Below are positions 35,004-46,942 of a stretch of 64,000 bases of DNA, piece after piece. The position numbers and the translations under genes were made by a program. The notes under the pieces are model-generated. The model was not told the origin of the DNA. It worked only from the letters and a program-made list of their open reading frames with translations, and did not search any database. This DNA comes from Terriglobia bacterium. GTDB taxonomy: Bacteria > Acidobacteriota > Terriglobia > Terriglobales > Acidobacteriaceae. How positions within the stretch are numbered: the stretch's first letter is position 1; every line of letters starts with the position of its first letter. The stretch is taken from positions 11,765-75,764 of the forward strand of contig JAIQFT010000011.1 in the NCBI GenBank assembly GCA_020073185.1, read 5' to 3'.

Positions 35004-35993
35004 TTAGAGGGATTTCTTTTTCCGGTAGACCACCTTCAGCCCCTCGTTGTCCAGGATGCGGCGGATTTGATGCTTGGCGTGAGTGGCCCAGGGCCCCGAA
35101 CCGTCAAGCCGCACATAGGCGCGCCAGTGCTGCAAGGCCGGCCTGGGCTGCCGCGTTTTTTCGTAGGCCAGCGCCAGGTTGTAGTGCGCGTCGGCATAGG
35201 TGGGGGCCAATTGCAGCGCCGTCCTGTACGCCTTAATCGCTTCGCCGACGCGGCCGGTCTCGTCCAGCACGTTGCCCAGATCGAAGTAGGCCAGGGCGTA
35301 GCGCGGATCTACCTCCACCGCTTTGCGATAGTGTGTCTCGGCCAGTACGTAATCCTGACGGTTGTAATAGAGGGTGCCGAGGTTGATGTAGGCAGCGGCG
35401 TGCTGCGGGTCAATCTCCAGGACCTTCTTGTACGCTGCGATGGCCTCAACCTGCGAGCGCGGATCTTCCTCCAGGCCGACGCCGCGCGCAAAATACTCAG
35501 CCGACGTTTCCGCACGACGCATGCTCTTCACATTGCTGGGGACGACCCGCTCGGCAGCGTTGAAATCCATGACGAACTGGCCGCTGGTCGGTTCCAGGGC
35601 ATGACCTTCGTGGCGGAACGCGACACGCGTTCCGGTGGAGAACGTGCCCGCCTCCAGCAGCGGGTTTTCCATCCCTGCGACCTGCTTCTGCATCGCCTGC
35701 AACGATTCCCGGATCACCGCGGATCGCACCCGCTTGGCGCGCAGGTCGCGGATCTTCTTCATCTGTAGGAGGTCGAAAAAAGTATAGTTGTCTGCGGCGG
35801 CGACCAGTCCGGCGTTCTGCCACTGCGCCAACTGTCGCGCCGTTATGCGCAGAATGCGAATTACGTCCGCTCGACGGTAACGGTGCACTGGGTTCGGTTG
35901 CGCAAACGCTCTACTTGGTTGATTATGGAAATGCCGCGAGACGAACGCAAGGGGAAAGTTTTCCTCAGTTGTTAGTAACTTGGAAAGATTCAT
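35004..35993 (-). CDS. MerR-type HTH domain fused to TPR repeats
   Basis: YRRADVIRILRITARQLAQWQNAGLV (MerR HTH-like). At least three C-terminal TPRs (AAYINLGTLYY, ALAYFDLGNVL, ADAHYNLALAY). Confidence 0.8.
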   Translation of the reverse strand: MNLSKLLTTEENFPLAFVSRHFHNQPSRAFAQPNPVHRYRRADVIRILRITARQLAQWQNAGLVAAADNYTFFDLLQMKKIRDLRAKRVRSAVIRESLQAMQKQVAGMENPLLEAGTFSTGTRVAFRHEGHALEPTSGQFVMDFNAAERVVPSNVKSMRRAETSAEYFARGVGLEEDPRSQVEAIAAYKKVLEIDPQHAAAYINLGTLYYNRQDYVLAETHYRKAVEVDPRYALAYFDLGNVLDETGRVGEAIKAYRTALQLAPTYADAHYNLALAYEKTRQPRPALQHWRAYVRLDGSGPWATHAKHQIRRILDNEGLKVVYRKKKSL

Positions 35994-36097
35994 TTCAGTC
36001 GGTCTAGTACTTCAGTTTCTTCTTGAAACCCGAATCTGACTTGACTTGCTGAAGTGCTCTTTACGCCCTTGGGCTCTCGCCTTTAGAATCACAGCAG

Positions 36098-36173
36098 GCC
36101 GACGTAGCTCAGTTGGTAGAGCAGTCGATTCGTAATCGACAGGTCATCGGTTCAAGTCCGATCGTCGGCTCCA
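36098..36173 (+). tRNA. tRNA-Thr (anticodon CGU)
   Basis: Acceptor GCCGACG/CGTCGGC, anticodon stem GTCGA/TCGAC with loop TTCGTAA, T-arm ATCGG-TTCAAGT-CCGAT, encoded CCA. Confidence 0.9.
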
Positions 36174-36202
36174 GAATCCCAGCGATTAGCGAGTAGGGCG
36201 TT

Positions 36203-36310
36203 TAGGAATTGCTGTAGCCGCCAAGGAACGTTCTTTGAAGGGGCACGGCTTCAGACGTGCCCTCGTCGAGGCGCTTTGGAAATCCATCCGGCTTTAGCTG
36301 CTGAGCGACT
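36203..36310. repeat. Dispersed intergenic repeat copy
   Basis: GAATTGCTGTAGCCGCC...GGGCACGGCTTCAGACGTGCCC...GGCTTTAGC, homologous to 29870-29995. Confidence 0.7.
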
Positions 36311-36532
36311 GCTTCACGGCTACACGATGTCCCAAACCCGTCTAGCTCTTCTAGCTCATTCTGTTTCTCCTCTAACTTTCGGTATGTTCCTGTCAAACTC
36401 ATGGAGCGGACCAGTGTGTTCCCATCGACTCGTCACGCGGTACGCGTTTCAAGATTGGTCACAACGCTTCACACCATTGCGAATCCAGCTCAGTGCTAAC
36501 AGCTGACCGCTAATCGCCAATTGCAATTCAGA

Positions 36533-36627
36533 GCACAAACGAAAAGGCCACCCAGCAACGCAGGCGGCCTTTTCTTTTAGGGAGAATAGTTCCTCACGGA
36601 GGGTTAGCGCCGTCAGAAACTTTTTCT
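36533..36627 (-). ncRNA. Candidate ~93-nt small RNA (orphan promoter plus terminator)
   Basis: Bounded by a consensus-like promoter (36662-36634) and an intrinsic terminator. Internal hairpins CAGAAA-aag-UUUCUG and CCUC-cgu-GAGG. No ORF longer than 6 codons. Confidence 0.45.
36541..36578. terminator. Bidirectional intrinsic terminator
   Basis: AAGGCCACC-cagcaacgca-GGCGGCCTT, flanked by T-runs on both strands (TTTTCTTTT on plus, TTTTCGTTTG on minus). Confidence 0.6.
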
Positions 36628-36633
36628 GGCGAA

Positions 36634-36662
36634 ATCTTATGAGCGGCGATTGGGGGTGTCAA
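36634..36662 (-). promoter_or_regulatory. Sigma70-type promoter of the sRNA candidate
   Basis: Minus strand TTGACA (36662-36657), N17, TAAGAT (36639-36634), with an A-rich tract upstream. Confidence 0.55.
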
Positions 36663-36830
36663 GGATTTTTTCCAAATTAAATCCCTGTATTTTCAACTAC
36701 TTACGCGATAATCAAAAAATACTTGCCGGCCGTGAAAAACCCCCGATTTCACCGCCGGAACCGCGAAAGAGCACGTCAAATCAGTGATTTAGGCCCGCTC
36801 AGAGGGAGGGGAGGCCCAATTCGGGAGTCC

Positions 36831-37913
36831 TTACCGCAGCTTCAGCTCGATGATTTCCACGTCCCGCGAACGATCGAACACGCGGTCGGGGAAAAGCCGC
36901 TTCGTCAAGATTCGAATGCCTCCGAACGCGATGCCTGCGACCAGTGCCATGCCGATAATGATAACCGTCAACAGCACCACGCCGCCCAGCAACGTGCCGA
37001 CGTTGTCGCGTGGCGACAGTCCGGTGCGCTCGTTCCAGGTGACTTCAGCGTCGTAATTCACCGAAGCCAGCAACGACTTCGCCTCCCGCTGGCTGATCGC
37101 GCCAGTCACAATCGCCACCAGTGGTCCGCTGCGCTTGGTGAGGAACAGCGTCGATCCGTCCTGCGGCAGCGGGTGCGTCGCATCCAGCGCGCGCAGACGA
37201 TCGCCGGCGATCTGCGGCGTGGGATAAGAAATCAGCGTCAGCGTGGCGGTGCCCCGTCCGGAGTTGTACTGACCCTGCGCCAACTCCGCGCCGCGTTCGA
37301 ACTCAACCTGTTCCGCCGCTATAGGCGCGCTGATGTTGGCCAGCCCCAGCGGTCCCACCACGTACTTGGCGGTGTTGGGAACATAACCCTGCCGCGGCAA
37401 GTACATCGGCAGCGAGGGCAGATTGCGCGCGCTTCCGGTGGGCAAAGGAATGTTGCCAGCGAGCTCACGCAACTCCGCGGCCGACATCGGGGTCACGCGG
37501 TCAAGCACCGCCTGCATCAGCACGTTGCCGCGGTAAAACAACACGCGGTCGTTGGCCGACGCCGCCTGGTCGCCGATCTTTTCGGTCTGCATTTCCGGGG
37601 CCTTGTAGAAGGTGAACGCCCCATAAGCGCCGCTGGCGTCCTTAAACCGGATGGCCATGACCTGCAGCTTGCGGTCGGGCCGGGTGTAGGTGGCGTCTTC
37701 GAAATCGTCGAAGCCGTATTCCCTCAACAGCTCGGAGTTGATCTTATCGGCTTCGGCGGGGTTGGCGCTGGTGCGCGCCGGGACACTCTTCTGCCATCCG
37801 GCAAAAGCGCTCGGCAGCAGCGAATCGGGCTTGGCCTTGGGATTGGCTGCCGAAGCCGGCAGCAACCCGACCAACAACAAAATCGGTGCCACAAAAATGC
37901 GCTTCATCGACAC
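36831..37913 (-). CDS. Hypothetical exported protein with C-terminal membrane anchor
   Basis: Signal peptide MSMKRIFVAPILLLVGLLPASA. C-terminal TM segment LLGGVVLLTVIIIGMALVAGIAF. No domain recognised. Confidence 0.75.
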   Translation of the reverse strand: MSMKRIFVAPILLLVGLLPASAANPKAKPDSLLPSAFAGWQKSVPARTSANPAEADKINSELLREYGFDDFEDATYTRPDRKLQVMAIRFKDASGAYGAFTFYKAPEMQTEKIGDQAASANDRVLFYRGNVLMQAVLDRVTPMSAAELRELAGNIPLPTGSARNLPSLPMYLPRQGYVPNTAKYVVGPLGLANISAPIAAEQVEFERGAELAQGQYNSGRGTATLTLISYPTPQIAGDRLRALDATHPLPQDGSTLFLTKRSGPLVAIVTGAISQREAKSLLASVNYDAEVTWNERTGLSPRDNVGTLLGGVVLLTVIIIGMALVAGIAFGGIRILTKRLFPDRVFDRSRDVEIIELKLR

Positions 37914-37920
37914 GGAAAGT

Positions 37921-38060
37921 AATCTACAGCAGTTCCGCTATCGCTGTAGCCACGGATCCTACGGTGGAAGCACCGGCCCTTTAGGCCGGTGAATCGGGCT
38001 CCCGCAAGAGGCCGGCTTCAGCCCGGTGACAGCACCTGCGGAATCGCTGTAATCCTTCTT
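37921..38060. repeat. Dispersed intergenic repeat copy
   Basis: CTACAGCAGTTCCGC..TACGGTGGAAGCACCGGCC..GCCGGCTTCAGCCCGGTG..GAATCGCTGTAATCC. Confidence 0.7.
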
Positions 38061-38168
38061 AATTAGACTACAGACGCGGCAGGAAAGTTTCCAGCCGGTC
38101 GAGTTGCGAGCTGCGTTGGAAACGCAAGCACGGTGACATTGCGGGACAATAGCGGGTTGTACCTTACG

Positions 38169-39599
38169 CTACTCGTTGTTCGACGTTGCGGGGATGGTTG
38201 GTGGAGGGGTGGCGGAAGAGACCGGGCCGTCGAGCTTGTTCGCTTTCGAGGCTACCTTCAGTCCGCTCAGTCCGCTGATGTACTTGGCCGTCCCGCGGTA
38301 CAGTGATTCCGCGATCTTCTGCCGGTACGCCGGCGTTTTCAGCCGCTTGGCGTCCCCGGGATTGCTGACGAAGGAAATCTCCGCCAGGATAGACGGCATA
38401 TTCGCCCCGATCAGCACGATGAACGGCGCCTTCTTCACCCCGCGATTGCGCAGCCCGCGGTTCGCCAATCCGATGTACAGCGCTTGCTGCACGTCCACCG
38501 CAAACTCACGCGATTCCTCGATCTTGTCCTTCAGCGTGATCTTCTTCACCAGGTCCTGCAGCTCGTGGATGGACTTCTCCGACACCGCGTTCTCCCGTGC
38601 CGCCACCTCCAGTGCGTCGGCCGAGGTGGTGAAGTTCAGGTAGTAGGTCTCGACCCCGCGCGCGGAACGATCGCCGCTCGAATTGGCATGAATCGAGATG
38701 AACAGATCGGCCGCATTCTGGTTGGCGATGGCGGTGCGCGTTTCCAGCGGTATGAAAGTGTCGTCGTCGCGCGTGTAGACTACTTCGGCGCCCAGGCGCG
38801 ACTGCAGCAGTTTGCCCAGCCGCATCGCCACGTCGAGCACCAGGTCTTTCTCCAGCAGCCCGTTAGGACCGATGGTGCCGGTGTCATGCCCGCCGTGGCC
38901 TGCGTCCACCACGATGCGCCCGATCTTCAGCCCCAGCGCCCGGATCAGCGAGCGCTCGCCATTGGCCGTGGGCCGTGCTTCATGGCTGGCGGGCAGTTCT
39001 GGCGCCTTCTTTCTCGCACTCGTCTTGGCGTGCCTGCTTGACACCGCCGCAGGCTCCTTGACCGGGGCGGCGTCGGTAGCGGCCGTCTTCGATACCGACG
39101 CGACCTTGGGCGGATTCAGCTTGGCAACTTTCTGCGCCAGGGCGTCGAAGGAGACATCGCTAGCAGCTTTGTCAGCCGCGATCTCGCTCGTGGTCGCACG
39201 CGGCTTCTTATTACCGAGTGGCTCTTTGCGCGTGACCTCCAACGGCGGCCCAGGTTTCCCGGCTGGCGGCCCGGGAGCCCCCTTGACGGTCGGCTCTTCA
39301 GGTTCTCCCGGCGCAGGCTTGGGCGGCTCTGCTTTCGCCGTCTTCTGCGGACTCTTGCCGTGCACGTCAATGATTAGCCGGTAAGGATTGGGCAGCAGGA
39401 AGGCGGAATACTCCGCCACCTCGTCCATCTCCAGTACCACCCGCGTTTCTCCCGGCTGATATTGCGCCACCCGGATCTTGTGCAGGAAACCGTCTTCCAC
39501 GTCGAAGGACTTGCCCACCAGGGTGGACGCAAGCTTGGTATTGTGCAGGTCGAAGAAGACGCGGTCGGGATTGGGGACGCGACCGGCCCCGTAGCGCAC
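38169..39599 (-). CDS. N-acetylmuramoyl-L-alanine amidase (AMIN + Amidase_3, AmiC-like); 5' end anomalous
   Basis: IVVDAGHGGHDTG, ISIHANS and AEISFVSN amidase_3 motifs. AMIN-like repeats at the N-terminus. AMIN homology continues upstream of the GTG start as far as an in-frame TAG-TGA. No signal peptide is present in this ORF. Confidence 0.8.
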   Translation of the reverse strand: MRYGAGRVPNPDRVFFDLHNTKLASTLVGKSFDVEDGFLHKIRVAQYQPGETRVVLEMDEVAEYSAFLLPNPYRLIIDVHGKSPQKTAKAEPPKPAPGEPEEPTVKGAPGPPAGKPGPPLEVTRKEPLGNKKPRATTSEIAADKAASDVSFDALAQKVAKLNPPKVASVSKTAATDAAPVKEPAAVSSRHAKTSARKKAPELPASHEARPTANGERSLIRALGLKIGRIVVDAGHGGHDTGTIGPNGLLEKDLVLDVAMRLGKLLQSRLGAEVVYTRDDDTFIPLETRTAIANQNAADLFISIHANSSGDRSARGVETYYLNFTTSADALEVAARENAVSEKSIHELQDLVKKITLKDKIEESREFAVDVQQALYIGLANRGLRNRGVKKAPFIVLIGANMPSILAEISFVSNPGDAKRLKTPAYRQKIAESLYRGTAKYISGLSGLKVASKANKLDGPVSSATPPPTIPATSNNE

Positions 39600-39656
39600 T
39601 TCCTCTTGCAGATCAATCGCTACCCGCGTGTAATCCGGCGTGGACCAGTGGCGTCA

Positions 39657-40196
39657 CTATGAGCCGTGGCTCGAGCCGCTCAAACCGCGCGCCTCCGACG
39701 CCAGTTCGCTATGCGGATAGCGCTTCAGGAACTCCTCGAAGCTGGCGTGCGCCTGCTCGGCGTCTTCCAAGTCGTCTTTGTAGATCTGTGCGATGGTAAA
39801 CAGCGCCGACACACGGAAGCGGCTGCCGGGATACTCGCGCCGCAGGAATTCGTACTGCGCGATGGCCGCGCGCAGCGATTTCTCGTCGTTAAGCTGGCGG
39901 CCCGACTCGGCCAGCAGTTCGGCGACGGCGACCACACCTGCATCCGCCTTGTTGGAGGTCGGCGCCGTGTAATAAACGGCGCGGTAGACATCGATCACCC
40001 GGTTGTAATCGCGCCGCGTGCGTTCCGAGACGGCGCGTCCGTTCAGCGCCTCGCGCATACGTTCGGCCTTTTCGAACTGGGTGCGCGCCGCCTGCTTCTT
40101 CTGCGCGACCGTGCGCTTGGCGGCGACCGGCACTGCGAACGTCAACGCCAGCGCCATTGCCGTTATCGTGATTGCCCGTGCTCTGGTCCTGATCAC
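39657..40196 (-). CDS. Secreted YbgF/CpoB- or BamD-like TPR module, in the same frame as the downstream amidase
   Basis: Signal peptide MIRTRARAITITAMALALTFAVPVAA. C-terminal FEEFLKRYPHSELASEA motif typical of YbgF/BamD-like repeats. Confidence 0.7.
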   Translation of the reverse strand: MIRTRARAITITAMALALTFAVPVAAKRTVAQKKQAARTQFEKAERMREALNGRAVSERTRRDYNRVIDVYRAVYYTAPTSNKADAGVVAVAELLAESGRQLNDEKSLRAAIAQYEFLRREYPGSRFRVSALFTIAQIYKDDLEDAEQAHASFEEFLKRYPHSELASEARGLSGSSHGS

Positions 40197-40265
40197 ATTG
40201 GTGCCCTGGGCGACCCTACCGCCTGCCGAGAAACCTGGTTCCTGACCGCCGATTCCTGACTCCCG

Positions 40266-41168
40266 TCATTCCGTGTTCGTCATCCGCAGCACACCATCCT
40301 CGCCGCGATACATATGGACGGGCGCGTAGTACGGCCCGAACGTACGACCTCCCTGATTCCAGTATAGATCGGTGATTTTCTTCACGTAATTCTGCGTTTC
40401 CGCATACGGCGGCACGCCGCGATTGCGCGCCACTGCGCCCTCGCCTGCGTTGTATGCCGCCAGCGACAGCCGCACGTCGCCATTGAAGTTATTCAGCAGG
40501 CGCTTCAGATGACGCACCCCGGCATCCACGTTCTGCTGCGGATCGAACGGATTGCTGACGCTCAACTGGCTGGCGGTGTGCGGCATCAGTTGCATCAGGC
40601 CCATCGCGCCCTTGTTCGACACCGCGTTGGGATTGAAATTCGATTCCACCTTGATGATGGCGCGCACCAGGTTGGGGTCAACGCCGTTCTTCGACGCGGC
40701 CTGTGCGATCGTGGAATCGATCTCGGCGGCGCTCACCCGATAGCCCCGGGCCAGGTTCGCATAGTTGGGGTTGGCGGTGGCGGAAGAAGCGCCCCGCGGA
40801 CGAGCCGCAATGTAGCCCCGCACCTCGTCGGCGGCATTGTACGCCGCTCTCATCGCCGCCGGACTCGGCGTCGGCACCGGCTTCCAGCGTCGCTCGGTGT
40901 TGCTCCAGTACACCAGCACGCTACGGCGGGCGCGTGGCCGCGATGCCGAAGCCTCCGGCGCGGATCCGTTGACGTAAATCTTGCGGCCATTTTCCTCGAC
41001 TGCGATGATGCCGCCTCCCTGCGTCCCCGCAGACTTAGCGGCTGCGGGCGGCGCCGCTTCATCAGAGCCGGAAAAAGAAAAGGCGGGCAGAGCCAGAAGG
41101 CCCAATGCCCCGAGGGTCAGCAGCGCTAACCATACGCGCTGCACGGGCTGGTGCAGGTGTTCAGGCAT
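40266..41168 (-). CDS. Lytic transglycosylase (SLT domain)
   Basis: IIKVESNFNPNAVSNKGAMGLMQLMP (catalytic Glu motif) and AYNAGEGAV. Signal/TM segment at the N-terminus. Confidence 0.88.
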   Translation of the reverse strand: MPEHLHQPVQRVWLALLTLGALGLLALPAFSFSGSDEAAPPAAAKSAGTQGGGIIAVEENGRKIYVNGSAPEASASRPRARRSVLVYWSNTERRWKPVPTPSPAAMRAAYNAADEVRGYIAARPRGASSATANPNYANLARGYRVSAAEIDSTIAQAASKNGVDPNLVRAIIKVESNFNPNAVSNKGAMGLMQLMPHTASQLSVSNPFDPQQNVDAGVRHLKRLLNNFNGDVRLSLAAYNAGEGAVARNRGVPPYAETQNYVKKITDLYWNQGGRTFGPYYAPVHMYRGEDGVLRMTNTE

Positions 41169-41479
41169 TTCATCCCTCCGCGCGGCGGCTGACGGCCAAC
41201 CAACTCCTCCGCGCTACACCTACCACGGTCGTCGGCACACTGCTGTGCGCCGCGACGCCCTACGCCCGGCGGAGAAAATCAATCCAGAGTGCCGCGATTA
41301 TGACACGCCCACCCTTGCCATTCAATCGGTTGTTACATGGGAATCAGGGGGGTGAACAGCGGGAATTCCCCGGCAAAACCGGCACGACTGCCGCTGCACA
41401 ACACGAACGGCGTTGACCAAAGGACAGCAGCTTTCTGGTCGCAGGCCGGAAAAGCCCGTCAGCAGCAGCTACTCTGGCT

Positions 41480-42625
41480 TTGCAATTCGCCCGTCCAGTC
41501 ACTTACCCTCTTGGCATGCCGTGCTCAAGTAGCTTCGCCTTCGCCGCGTGGATCCCGGAAGTGGGACAGGTGTTCGAGAGATGGCCATGGCTGGCGCCTG
41601 TCATCTATCTCATCGCCGGGCTGCTGGCCGGCTTGATCATCGAAAAGACGGTGTTCGCGTACCTTGTCCGGCTGGTCAAAAAGACGCGCTGGGTAGCCGA
41701 CGACCTCATCCTGAGCGCGTTCCGCAACCTGCCCCTGCTTTGGTGCTTCCTGGCCGGCGCCTACTTCGCCAGCAACAGCATCGAGTTGTATCCCCGTTGG
41801 GAGAGATTGGTCGAGCACGCCATCCTGGTGCTGTTCCTGGCATCGCTTACGTTGGTGGGTGCCCGCATCGCAGCCACGCTGGTGACGCTGTACTCGCTGA
41901 AGACGGAAGGCCTGATCGCCTCCACCTCCATCTTGCGCAACCTGACGGCGCTGGCCGTCGTCATCTGCGGCGTGCTGGTCATCCTGGATACCCTCGGGAT
42001 TTCCGTTACCCCGATCCTTACTGCGTTGGGCGTTGGCGGCTTGGCTGTGGCCCTGGCGCTGCAGGACACGCTCAGCAATCTGTTCGCCGGCATCCAGCTC
42101 CTGGCCTCACGCCAGGTGCGGCTGGGCGATTACATCAAGCTGGCCAGCGGCGAGGAGGGCTACGTCACCGACATTCGCTGGCGCAACACCGTGATCCGCG
42201 CCCTGGCCAACAATGCCATCCTCATTCCCAATTCCAAGCTGGCTTCCACCATCACCACCAATTACTACATGCCCGAGAAAGAAATATCGGTCCTGGTGGA
42301 GGTGGGCGTCAGCTACTCCAGCGATTTGGAAAAAGTGGAGCGCGTCACCGTGGAAGTCGCGGCGGATGTCATGAAGTCGGTTACCGGTGGCATTCCCGAA
42401 AACCAGCCCTTCATTCGTTACCACACCTTTGCCGACTCCAGCATCAACTTCTCGGTGATCCTGCGTGGCAAGGAATTCACCGACCAGTACCTCATCAAGC
42501 ACGAGTTCATCAAACGCCTGCAAAAGCGCTACACGCAGGAGGACATCAACATCCCGTTCCCGATTCGTACCGTGTACATGCACGCGGAAGATTCGACGGC
42601 CCAGAAGGCAGCCGGCGCAGCGTAA
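41480..42625 (+). CDS. Mechanosensitive ion channel (MscS family)
   Basis: TM helices, then LALQDTLSNLFAGIQLL and RLGDYIKL..GYVTDIRWRNT. The start (TTG 41480 versus ATG 41516) is uncertain. Confidence 0.88.
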   Translation: MQFARPVTYPLGMPCSSSFAFAAWIPEVGQVFERWPWLAPVIYLIAGLLAGLIIEKTVFAYLVRLVKKTRWVADDLILSAFRNLPLLWCFLAGAYFASNSIELYPRWERLVEHAILVLFLASLTLVGARIAATLVTLYSLKTEGLIASTSILRNLTALAVVICGVLVILDTLGISVTPILTALGVGGLAVALALQDTLSNLFAGIQLLASRQVRLGDYIKLASGEEGYVTDIRWRNTVIRALANNAILIPNSKLASTITTNYYMPEKEISVLVEVGVSYSSDLEKVERVTVEVAADVMKSVTGGIPENQPFIRYHTFADSSINFSVILRGKEFTDQYLIKHEFIKRLQKRYTQEDINIPFPIRTVYMHAEDSTAQKAAGAA

Positions 42626-42711
42626 ACGCGGCGCCCGCTGAGCGGTTCACAGTTTCAGCACAGCTAACACGTTGGTGGTAGGCTCCAGCTTGTCTTCGAT
42701 CACTTCAGCGA

Positions 42712-45696
<2,985 letters not shown>

Positions 45697-45720
45697 TTCC
45701 GGGAGCTGACGAATGAAGGC

Positions 45721-45890
45721 TTAATTCTAGCAGGTGTGGCGCGGGTCTCTGACCCGCGAGTGGCACACGCGCCCTCGCGCGCGCGGTGGAAGCGTATCGG
45801 GCTTCAGCCCGGCGATTCGCACGACAAGAGAGAGTGGGCTTCAGCCCTGGCGACCATTGCGGCTAAGCCGTTGACGCCGCGCGGCCCCAA
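45721..45890. repeat. Dispersed intergenic repeat copies
   Basis: GGTGGAAGCGTATCGGGCTTCAGCCCGGCG and GTGGGCTTCAGCCCTGGC. Confidence 0.7.
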
Positions 45891-45891
45891 C

Positions 45892-46317
45892 TCAATTGGC
45901 TAGCTTTATCGCGGCGAGTTTCTTGACGATCTCCACGTCCTCAGTTCCTTTCACCTCAATGCGCACGGCGGTGCCTTCCGCGTAACGCTTCGCTTCCTTG
46001 ATGAGCTTGATCGCCGGTTTCGGCAGACCGCTTGCGAGCGCCGCCTTCACCGCCTTATCGCCCAACGCGAACGACGCCTGAAAACAACCGTGAAAGGGCG
46101 AGAGATAGACAATATTGCGGTCGCCGTGCTTCAGCCGCAGCGACCAGCCCGCTTTCTTGGAGTAAGAGTTCCACTCCTGCGAAAAGCCATGCTGAGCGGT
46201 TATATCGCTCACCAACTGATCCCACCATGCTTTGCCTGCGCCCAACTCTGCGCCAAGCTCCGCTTCCGTGGGTTGCTTCGATTTTCCGACAAAAGCATTT
46301 ACCGCTCCTGTGGTCAT
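45892..46317 (-). CDS. Small conserved hypothetical protein (possibly DUF3788-like)
   Basis: The start overlaps the recX stop (ATGA at 46317-46314). The family assignment is from memory only. Confidence 0.65.
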   Translation of the reverse strand: MTTGAVNAFVGKSKQPTEAELGAELGAGKAWWDQLVSDITAQHGFSQEWNSYSKKAGWSLRLKHGDRNIVYLSPFHGCFQASFALGDKAVKAALASGLPKPAIKLIKEAKRYAEGTAVRIEVKGTEDVEIVKKLAAIKLAN

Positions 46318-46844
46318 TGCTCTTCCGACTCCAGGGCGGTCAGGACCTCCTCGTCCACGTCCCACTTCTTCAGGATAGAAATAATGGTGCGGGTGCCGAA
46401 TCCGGCGCGGATCAGCGAGCGAAAAACGCGCGCCGCCTGCTTTTGATCGGTGGGTCTTTGCAGGCGCTTGCGGCGGAGGTATGCCCGCGCCTGCGTCTCT
46501 TCGTTCACGCCGTCATAGACACCGGCGACCGCTTTGTCGATAACCTCGGAATGCACGCCTCGCGATCTCAACTCGGTGATCACTCGGCGGCGTCCGAACT
46601 TGTCGTTTTCGCGCCGCAGGGAAGAGTAGGTTGAAGCGTACTGCGCGTCGTTCAAGTAGCGCTGCTCTTTGAGCTTGGCAATCACCAACTCGACCAGCGC
46701 CGCGCCCAGTTCGTCCGCTTCCACCCGCCGGCGCAGCAGGCGTTTCAACTCCGCAACCGACCGCATTCGTCTTCCGAGCGCGCCCACCGCGTATTCGTAC
46801 AGCCCGGCCTCATCGTTGAACTTTTTCGCGCGACCGAATGCCAT
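46314..46844 (-). CDS. recX: Recombination regulator RecX
   Basis: YAVGALGRRMRSVAELKRLL, KEQRYLNDAQYA and GRRRVITELRSRGV match the three-repeat RecX pattern. Start set at MAFGRAKK. Confidence 0.85.
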   Translation of the reverse strand: MAFGRAKKFNDEAGLYEYAVGALGRRMRSVAELKRLLRRRVEADELGAALVELVIAKLKEQRYLNDAQYASTYSSLRRENDKFGRRRVITELRSRGVHSEVIDKAVAGVYDGVNEETQARAYLRRKRLQRPTDQKQAARVFRSLIRAGFGTRTIISILKKWDVDEEVLTALESEEQ

Positions 46845-46942
46845 GCCTCGTAAGGTATCAAAGATCAGCGCACAGGGCACAAGGGAACGCAGAACGAAAA
46901 AGGCCGCCCGTTTCCGGACAGCCTGATGCCTGCAGCTGCCGC

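Noticed and set aside
41505-41525. Sigma54-like TGGCAT-N-GC element upstream of or inside the MscS gene.
   Set aside because: The GG-to-GC spacing is two nucleotides too short relative to the TGGCAC-N5-TTGC consensus. The site lies within the probable coding region.
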